From the NCBI RefSeq assembly GCF_000017845.1, contig NC_010546.1, forward strand, positions 780,001-812,000: 32,000 nt of DNA, in the 5' to 3' direction. The notes below the pieces were generated by a model. The model did not search any database, was not told the DNA's origin, and was given only the letters and a program-made list of their open reading frames with translations. Source of the stretch: Crocosphaera subtropica ATCC 51142. GTDB lineage: Bacteria > Cyanobacteriota > Cyanobacteriia > Cyanobacteriales > Microcystaceae. Numbering within the stretch: position 1 is the first letter of the stretch; every line of letters starts with the position of its first letter. This document shows, one piece after another, positions 26,137 to 32,000 of the stretch. Both the position numbers and the translations under genes were made by a program.

Positions 26137-27738
26137 ATGAAACGAACCGTTGCTTGGGTCATCAGCAGTTTAACAACCGTTACAGGAATTATTACCCCTA
26201 GTTTGGCTTTGAATACCTCCACAGGAGAAACTGGCATTTATGCACATCGCTTACACCAACAACCACTAAATTTAACAGGGAAAAAAATCGCCATTGGACA
26301 AGTAGAAATTGGACGGCCAGGAATCTTTGGTTTCGATAAAATTGCTGCTTGGAGTCCCACCTTTAAATTAGCAGGAGTTTACTATCAAAATCGAGACGTT
26401 AAATCTAACGGCAACCTCGATAACCATGCGGCCATGGTAGCAAGCGTCATGGTGAGTCAGGATAAAAGATTGCCAGGAGTCGCCCCAGATGCTAGATTAT
26501 ACGCTTCTGCTATTGGTGCTATAAAAGGGGGTGGCCAACCTCAAGAATGTTTAGCCAGTCAACATATTGCCCAACGCAATAGTGGAGATGTCAGGGCCAT
26601 TAACTTTAGTTTCGGAGAGTCTCTAGAACAGGATCATCGCAAGGATGCAAAGCTAGACGGCAACGCCCACTTAACCCAATGTATCGACTGGTCATCACGG
26701 GTTCATGATACCCTATACGTCATCGCCGGCAACCAGGGAACAGGAGGTATTCCTATCCCCACAGACCACTATAATGGCATCACCACCGCCTACACCACCA
26801 AACGGGACGGAATCTATACAAAAGTAGATTTTGCCAACCTCAGCGCCCTTCCTGTAGGCATTGGCCGCAGTTTAATTAAACGGGAAATTAACGTCGGTCC
26901 CAGACGGGCCATTAATTTAACGGCCCCAGGGAGTAAAGTGGCTGTCTATGACTTAGCCGGAACCATTCAAGAAGTAAGTGGAACCAGCTTTGCAGCCCCT
27001 CATATCACTGCATCGGTAGCCCTATTACAAGAATTCGGCGATCGCCAACTTCGCAACCAAGCACCTAACTGGAGTCTTGACTCTCGCCGTCATCAGGTCA
27101 ATAAAGCGGTGTTACTCAACTCGGCTGATAAGATACAGGATAAGGGAAATGGTTTGTTATTGGGGATGATGCGAACTATTTTTAGTAAGAACCATTATAC
27201 TTGGTTCGAGTCCGATGCTTACCGTAACCCTGACATTCCTGTGGATATACAAATGGGAACCGGCCACCTCAATGCACTGCGGGCCTATCAACAATTTAGT
27301 GCCGGTCAATGGAAACCTCAAAATCCAGTGCCGGCAATGGGTTGGGACTACGAGACTGTTAGCAAAGATAATGATCAAGAGTATGTCCTTTCCCAACCGT
27401 TACCCGAAAATAGTTTTGTTTCTATTACCCTAGTTTGGGATAGATTAGTCGAACTTAATGATAGAAACAACAATGAGCGATATGATCTCGGAGAAAACTT
27501 TGAAGATCGAGGGATTAATAATCTTGATCTCTATCTAATGCCAGCTAACGCCGATAATACCTCTCAAAGTATCTGTCGTTCCGTCAGTCGAGTGGATAAC
27601 ACAGAGCATATTTTTTGTCCTGTTACCACCGCCGGCAACTACAAAATACGGGTAAAGTATCAACAACAAGTTAATCAAGGAGAACAACCCTATGGGTTAG
27701 CTTGGTGGACTGTTCCTCAAGGTTCTGTTAAACCCTAA
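26137..27738 (+). CDS. Secreted subtilisin-like (S8 family) serine peptidase
   Basis: It has a signal peptide (VISSLTTVTGIITPSLALN), a His region (DNHAAMVASV), an oxyanion Asn (VIAGNQG) and a Ser motif (GTSFAAPHITASVALL). The position of the catalytic Asp motif reads IAIGQVEIG (see findings). Confidence 0.8.
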   Translation: MKRTVAWVISSLTTVTGIITPSLALNTSTGETGIYAHRLHQQPLNLTGKKIAIGQVEIGRPGIFGFDKIAAWSPTFKLAGVYYQNRDVKSNGNLDNHAAMVASVMVSQDKRLPGVAPDARLYASAIGAIKGGGQPQECLASQHIAQRNSGDVRAINFSFGESLEQDHRKDAKLDGNAHLTQCIDWSSRVHDTLYVIAGNQGTGGIPIPTDHYNGITTAYTTKRDGIYTKVDFANLSALPVGIGRSLIKREINVGPRRAINLTAPGSKVAVYDLAGTIQEVSGTSFAAPHITASVALLQEFGDRQLRNQAPNWSLDSRRHQVNKAVLLNSADKIQDKGNGLLLGMMRTIFSKNHYTWFESDAYRNPDIPVDIQMGTGHLNALRAYQQFSAGQWKPQNPVPAMGWDYETVSKDNDQEYVLSQPLPENSFVSITLVWDRLVELNDRNNNERYDLGENFEDRGINNLDLYLMPANADNTSQSICRSVSRVDNTEHIFCPVTTAGNYKIRVKYQQQVNQGEQPYGLAWWTVPQGSVKP

Positions 27739-27888
27739 TATCATAAGTTATTAATGAAAATAGACAATAGAAATATTAGTTTAGTCTACTGTCAAAAGCG
27801 AATTTAGAATGAGTTCGGAATCACCTGAAAGTCTGATAAAGTCTTGGGCGAAACAGACAATTTTAAGCGTGAAAAATCATTTGAACCC

Positions 27889-28986
27889 CTAACTCAGATT
27901 AAGAATCGTTTGATTATCAATTAAAGCCGGTGTTCCATCAGGTTTAATGGCACTAAATTGTTGAAAATAACGACGAACTTCAGGAGGAAAGTGAGGAAAA
28001 TCAAAAATTCCATCCCCGGCTGCTATATCTGACCAAAAATCTCGTAAATATGGGGCTAAGTTTTCGGCTTCTTGAATCGATATTTTTAAAGGAGATGCCA
28101 TTAATAACTTCACCATAAAAGGAAAGGAGCGATCGCCTAACCACTGACGAGAAATTGCCTCTAAATTTTCCCATCCTGGCACACTTTTAACCCGGTGCGA
28201 GGTTATATTAAGGCTCAATGAACCATTAGGCGGTCGTTTCACTTCAATGATACGATAAGGATGAGGATAACTTACTAAAGATCCTGTGGTAATTTCATAG
28301 ATGCCTTGATGACAAGCAATATCCTGAACATGAAGATGACCCGTAAAAATTAATTGACAGTTGGCAGACCTTAACAATTTGAGTAACAAAGAAGCATTAT
28401 CTAGCATATATCGTTTCCCTAATTCATGGTTACTTTGTTCTGGTAAATGCTCAATTATATTATGATGAATCATCACTAAGAGTAATTGATCTTTAACCTG
28501 GGGTAATAACTTTTCTAACCAAGTTAGTTGTTGCTTATCTAAATAGCCTAACTGTCTTCCTTCTTCATCAAAATGATTAGAATTTAAACCAATAATTCTC
28601 ACCCCTGGTAAAATTTCTTGGGTATAATATAACTGTTGACTCTCATAACCACAGTGAGAGTAATAACTCGGAAATTGAGATAACCCTATCTTAGTTTCTG
28701 TCTCATTAAGATTAGGAACATCATGATTACCTGGAACCACAAAAACAGGAAACGGTAGAGACTGCAACCGTTTGGCCAACCACTCATGGTTATCCATTTC
28801 TCCATCTTGGGTTAAGTCCCCTGGTAACAAGAGAAAATCTAAGTTAAGCTGTTCTAAGTGATTTAACACCTTTTCTAAGGCAAGAATACTGACTTCCACT
28901 AAATGGAAGCGGTGAGAATGGTTTGGGATGGTGTGGGGAACCGCTACATGGGGATCACTGATAATAGCAAAACGAAAGTTCATCAT
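27889..28986 (-). CDS. Calcineurin-like metallophosphoesterase
   Basis: The ordered metallophosphoesterase motifs are present: AIISDPHV (DxH), LLPGDLTQDG (GD), VPGNHD (GNHD/E), IHHN and FTGHLH (GH-x-H). Confidence 0.85.
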   Translation of the reverse strand: MMNFRFAIISDPHVAVPHTIPNHSHRFHLVEVSILALEKVLNHLEQLNLDFLLLPGDLTQDGEMDNHEWLAKRLQSLPFPVFVVPGNHDVPNLNETETKIGLSQFPSYYSHCGYESQQLYYTQEILPGVRIIGLNSNHFDEEGRQLGYLDKQQLTWLEKLLPQVKDQLLLVMIHHNIIEHLPEQSNHELGKRYMLDNASLLLKLLRSANCQLIFTGHLHVQDIACHQGIYEITTGSLVSYPHPYRIIEVKRPPNGSLSLNITSHRVKSVPGWENLEAISRQWLGDRSFPFMVKLLMASPLKISIQEAENLAPYLRDFWSDIAAGDGIFDFPHFPPEVRRYFQQFSAIKPDGTPALIDNQTILNLS

Positions 28987-29045
28987 AAAAAAATCCTTCA
29001 GTAAAGCATATCTTTACCATTGAGCATAGATAGGAGAGATTAATT

Positions 29046-29681
29046 TTGGCAAGAGTCCGTGTCCGTCAACACGTTAACCCTTTGAGTGCAAAATACCGTA
29101 ACCCCCTAGTTATACCTGAGTGGGACATCATTTATCCTTGTGTCGATCGCCCTCTACATTTAGACATCGGTTGTGCCAGGGGAAAATTTTTGTTTAATAT
29201 GGCTCCATTGTATCCTGAGACGAATTTTCTGGGGATAGAAATTAGAGAACCCTTAGTGATCGAAGCCAATGAACAACGCGATCGCTTACAATTATCTAAC
29301 CTACATTTTTTGTTTGGCAATATTAATGTTTCCATTGAGTCCTTATTATCGTCCTTTCCTCCCAATACGTTAAATTGTGTTAGTGTTCAGTTTCCTGATC
29401 CTTGGTTTAAACGCAGTCATAAAAAAAGACGGGTGGTACAACCCAGTTTAGTCCAAGCGATCGCACATTATTTAGTTACTAATGGTTCTGTATTTTTACA
29501 ATCTGATATTAAAGAAGTTGCCCAAGAAATGGGAGAAACTTTTTTAAATAATAGTTGTTTTCAAAAGCAACATCAAGAAACTTGGTTAGCTGATAATCCT
29601 TTTCCTATTGCGACGCAAAGAGAAATCGCAACCTTTAATAAAAATGAACCCGTTTACCGAATGTTATTGAAAAAAATATAG
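29046..29681 (+). CDS. trmB: tRNA (guanine46-N7)-methyltransferase
   Basis: This 211-aa protein has RVRQHVNPLS, a SAM motif (LDIGCARGKF), GIEIREP and the QFPDPWFKRSHKKRR segment typical of TrmB. It uses a TTG start as given in the ORF track. Confidence 0.85.
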   Translation: MARVRVRQHVNPLSAKYRNPLVIPEWDIIYPCVDRPLHLDIGCARGKFLFNMAPLYPETNFLGIEIREPLVIEANEQRDRLQLSNLHFLFGNINVSIESLLSSFPPNTLNCVSVQFPDPWFKRSHKKRRVVQPSLVQAIAHYLVTNGSVFLQSDIKEVAQEMGETFLNNSCFQKQHQETWLADNPFPIATQREIATFNKNEPVYRMLLKKI

Positions 29682-29723
29682 CAGTTTACATACTTGTGAG
29701 GTGCAAAGTTTTCTAGTTTTAGG

Positions 29724-29766
29724 AGTCACCGAGTCAGGGGTCAGGAGTCAGGAGTCAGGAGTCAGG
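29724..29766. repeat. Heptanucleotide tandem repeat (AGTCAGG, 5 good units plus 1 degenerate)
   Basis: The units are agtcacc(g) agtcagg ggtcagg agtcagg agtcagg agtcagg. The tract lies between the trmB stop and the CRISPR array. Confidence 0.85.
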
Positions 29767-29863
29767 AATTTAATTTTAGGTGTATCTTATGAGTTTAGGA
29801 AACACTATAAACCCATCACAATATAAATAATGCGATGGGTTATAAAAGTAATACCAATTTTAA

Positions 29864-30664
29864 GTTTCCATTCAACTAAGTTCTCTTATAAAAAGAGAGT
29901 CCCATTGGTTGTGGCAAAGAATTCTCTGAGTTAACCCTAGTTTCCATTCAACTAAGTTCTCTTATAAAAAGAGAGCTATTATACCTGTAGTTGTTGTCAT
30001 GAAGTTTTCCCCGATGAGTTTCCATTCAACTAAGTTCTCTTATAAAAAGAGAGAAATATCGATCGCCTTAAGGCAACGAGTTGGTTCATCAGAATGTTTC
30101 CATTCAACTAAGTTCTCTTATAAAAAGAGAGTTACCTACATATACAGCGTAATGAGATAATGTTCCCAGTGGAGGTTTCCATTCAACTAAGTTCTCTTAT
30201 AAAAAGAGAGTCGAGAGGCCCATTTATTTGCACTAGGATCAAAGATTCTAGAGTTTCCATTCAACTAAGTTCTCTTATAAAAAGAGAGTCTCCTTGTCCC
30301 CTTATGCTCATGATCGCCTTTCCTTGGTTTCCATTCAACTAAGTTCTCTTATAAAAAGAGAGTAGAACAATTGAGATAGAAGTCCCCAATTTAGGAAAAC
30401 GCATAGTTTCCATTCAACTAAGTTCTCTTATAAAAAGAGAGAGATCTTTATACCTCGAATGATTAGTTTTCGATTATGTTTCCATTCAACTAAGTTCTCT
30501 TATAAAAAGAGAGCAATCTATTAAGATTGCCTTTTTTAACTTTTTGTTTCAATGTTTCCATTCAACTAAGTTCTCTTATAAAAAGAGAGTTCATTAACGA
30601 TGAAGAACAAAAGGAAAAATCCTTTGATGTTTCCATTCAACTAAGTTCTCTTATAAAAAGAGAG
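29864..30664. CRISPR. CRISPR array with 11 identical 36-nt repeats and 10 unique spacers (36-43 nt)
   Basis: The repeat is GTTTCCATTCAACTAAGTTCTCTTATAAAAAGAGAG. Copies start at 29864, 29940, 30018, 30096, 30175, 30253, 30327, 30406, 30478, 30554 and 30629. Spacer lengths are 40, 42, 42, 43, 42, 38, 43, 36, 40 and 39 nt, and all differ. The repeat contains the hairpin TCTCTT-ataaa-AAGAGA. The transcription strand is unresolved. Confidence 0.97.
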
Positions 30665-30708
30665 GGTACTCGCTACAGCCCCTATCCTGTCTAGAGTCTA
30701 GAGGCGGT

Positions 30709-30844
30709 TTGCGAGGGATAGCTTTATTGTAGTCTTAGAACCAGAAAAAGTCCTCCGTAAAATCCCCGAAATCCGCATCAGGTAAGGGTGCGAGGGTTAG
30801 AACGAAATCATGAGGGTTACAGAGATTTTGCTTATCCCTCGCAA
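30709..30844. repeat. 136-bp segment bounded by a perfect 12-bp inverted repeat (MITE-like element or structured RNA)
   Basis: TTGCGAGGGATA (30709..30720) pairs with TATCCCTCGCAA (30833..30844), and the pairing extends to 14 bp with one bulge. The interior carries related GCGAGGGTTAGAAC and TGAGGGTTACAGA motifs and a repeated TTAGAAC. Confidence 0.5.
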
Positions 30845-30885
30845 GATGATGATACAAAATCATCTCAGTTCTCAAAAATATGGTA

Positions 30886-31224
30886 TTACAAATCAAGCAG
30901 AGGAAAGCGACGGGTAGGACGATCATAGTCTCCTAAATTGTAATCTGTATCTTGATAAGCATCATTTAGTTGTCTGACTCTGGTTTCATACAAATCTAAG
31001 TCAAAATTGCTAGACTCTAAAGAAGGAGACGGTTCGCGATCAGGAAACTCACCACCGAGTCCCCAGTTCCAGTCATCAATGGTTCTCGGTTCAACTCCTG
31101 TTAAATCTTCACTAGAAGTGGTTGCTAAACTGTCAAAATCAGAAGAACGCAAAACCTGAGAAATAGCTTTAGGGGCCATAGAAATCAGGCTACAGGTAAT
31201 CAGAATAGAGGGGATAACTTTCAT
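30886..31224 (-). CDS. Hypothetical small secreted acidic protein
   Basis: I chose the start at Met 14 of the tracked ORF (MKVIPSILITCSLISMAPKAISQ, signal-peptide-like), with AGGAA 6 nt upstream. The remainder is acidic and low-complexity. I recognised no family. Confidence 0.4.
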   Translation of the reverse strand: MKVIPSILITCSLISMAPKAISQVLRSSDFDSLATTSSEDLTGVEPRTIDDWNWGLGGEFPDREPSPSLESSNFDLDLYETRVRQLNDAYQDTDYNLGDYDRPTRRFPLLDL

Positions 31225-31610
31225 GGTATTCCTAAGAATAAGATCCTTATCTCCCCAGGCCACACTTTTTTATTTTAAGTAATAAAAATATTAGGGAAGA
31301 TTTCCCCTAGTAAATATTATAACTTGACCTCTAAGCTATCAGAAAAGCAAAAAATGTTATTTGATAATTATATAGGTTTCTTTACAAGTTGTTGGATTTT
31401 GAAACGATTTGAACTTTGGGGGGTTATACAGTATGTAGTAAGTTTTTTAGAGCAAGCATTCAGCCATTAGCCCACTTTCTGTGTTTATAAAGCAACCAAA
31501 ATTAAAGGAATGCTTACCACTTTCATTCAAAAGCTGAAGCTTTAATTACGAACTTTTTTACTTGCGAGCTAAAATAAAAAAAGATAGACATCTCAAGGAG
31601 AAATTTAAAA

Positions 31611-32000
31611 ATGTTTAATGCTTCATCTAAATGGTTATTACCAGTGATTGCAGGGGTCGCTGTTATGGGGGTTGCTGGTACAATGTACTTAAACCCTTCA
31701 ACCAATAATAATCAAGCCATTACTCAACCTTCTAATGAAACTATTTTAGCCAGTAATTGGGACAGGGTGAACGAATCTTATAACGGAAATATGTCCATGA
31801 CTGTCTACCGAAGTCCCTCTTGTGGTTGTTGTGGAATTTGGGTTGATCATGCTGAAAAACACGGCTTTAAAATTACTGATATTAAAACCGATGATATGGC
31901 TAGTATTAAACAAAAACATAACATTAGTTCCAATTTAGAATCATGTCATACTGCTATTATTGATGGTTATGTTATGGAAGGTCATATTCCTGCTGATGAT
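31611..32000 (+). CDS. DUF411 / CopG-like periplasmic metal-binding protein, 3'-truncated by the window edge
   Basis: This ORF is absent from the ORF track because it has no stop within the window. My translation is MFNASSKWLLPVIAGVAVMGVAGT...VYRSPSCGCCGIWVDHAEKHGFKITDIKTDDMASIKQKHNISSNLESCHTAIIDGYVMEGHIPADD. It has the CxCC motif and the SCHT...GY..EGH.P pattern of DUF411. An AAGGAG lies 10 nt upstream of the ATG. Confidence 0.75.
   Translation, partial: MFNASSKWLLPVIAGVAVMGVAGTMYLNPSTNNNQAITQPSNETILASNWDRVNESYNGNMSMTVYRSPSCGCCGIWVDHAEKHGFKITDIKTDDMASIKQKHNISSNLESCHTAIIDGYVMEGHIPADD

Noticed and set aside
27203-27213. tRNA T-loop-like sequence GGTTCGAGTCC
   Set aside because: The flanking bases do not form a T-stem (CTTGG vs CCGAT), no cloverleaf can be built, and it lies inside the S8 peptidase CDS.
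26137-28986. S8 peptidase and metallophosphoesterase as CRISPR-associated accessory genes
   Set aside because: The protease has a secretion signal. The phosphoesterase is a generic calcineurin-like enzyme. trmB separates both from the array, and none has CARF, SAVED or other sensor domains that I can see.
29786-29803. Possible anti-repeat / tracrRNA seed (CTTATGAGTTTAGGAAAC vs the reverse complement of the repeat)
   Set aside because: Only about 9 of 13 positions match after introducing gaps, apart from the GGAAAC end. This is too weak to call an anti-repeat.
30160-30342. 60-aa ORF from the track (MFPVEVSIQLSSLIKRES...VSIQLSSLIKRES...)
   Set aside because: It lies entirely inside the CRISPR array. 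The repeated peptide VSIQLSSLIKRES is just the translated repeat, so this is not a gene.
30852-30887. Possible degenerate 12th CRISPR repeat (shares AGTTCTC and about 18/36 positions)
   Set aside because: It lies 187 nt from the last repeat, far beyond spacer length. In AT-rich DNA, 50% identity is close to chance.
30735-30926. 63-aa ORF on the minus strand to the right of the array
   Set aside because: It has no RBS, overlaps the inverted-repeat element and the 3' end of the neighbouring gene, and its composition is non-protein-like.
31523-31705. 60-aa ORF antisense to the start of the DUF411 gene
   Set aside because: It overlaps the RBS and signal-peptide region of a much better supported gene on the + strand.

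Overview
This AT-rich window (roughly high-30s % GC by eye) looks like cyanobacterial chromosome. I counted at least 17 perfect HIP1 palindromes (GCGATCGC). It also carries an aldehyde-deformylating oxygenase, a CyanoQ/PsbQ-like lipoprotein, and Uma2 and DUF4058 nuclease-fold genes. A unicellular Cyanothece/Crocosphaera-type origin is only a guess. About 30 genes are tightly packed on both strands. Most are housekeeping or envelope functions: lipA, trmFO, trmB, a phosphohexomutase, an MscS channel, part of a peptide ABC importer, a GGDEF-EAL signalling protein, an aldo/keto reductase and others. The clearest non-standard element is a CRISPR array at 29864-30664 with 11 identical 36-nt repeats and 10 spacers of 36-43 nt. 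No cas gene lies anywhere in the 29.8 kb upstream or the 1.3 kb downstream. Its repeat gives conflicting orientation and type signals, and its right flank holds an inverted-repeat-bounded 136-bp element. Other points worth a second look:
- an ado gene without its usual aar partner
- a haloalkane-dehalogenase-like protein that appears to lack its nucleophile
- a Uma2 nuclease gene broken by one in-frame TAA, next to an intact DUF4058 gene
- a GGDEF-EAL gene overlapping a PhnD-like binding-protein gene
- a flavin monooxygenase paired with a 2Fe-2S ferredoxin-like gene
- three intergenic heptanucleotide tandem-repeat tracts
I did not find a convincing multi-gene novel system. All functional calls come from motif recognition by eye, with no database searches.
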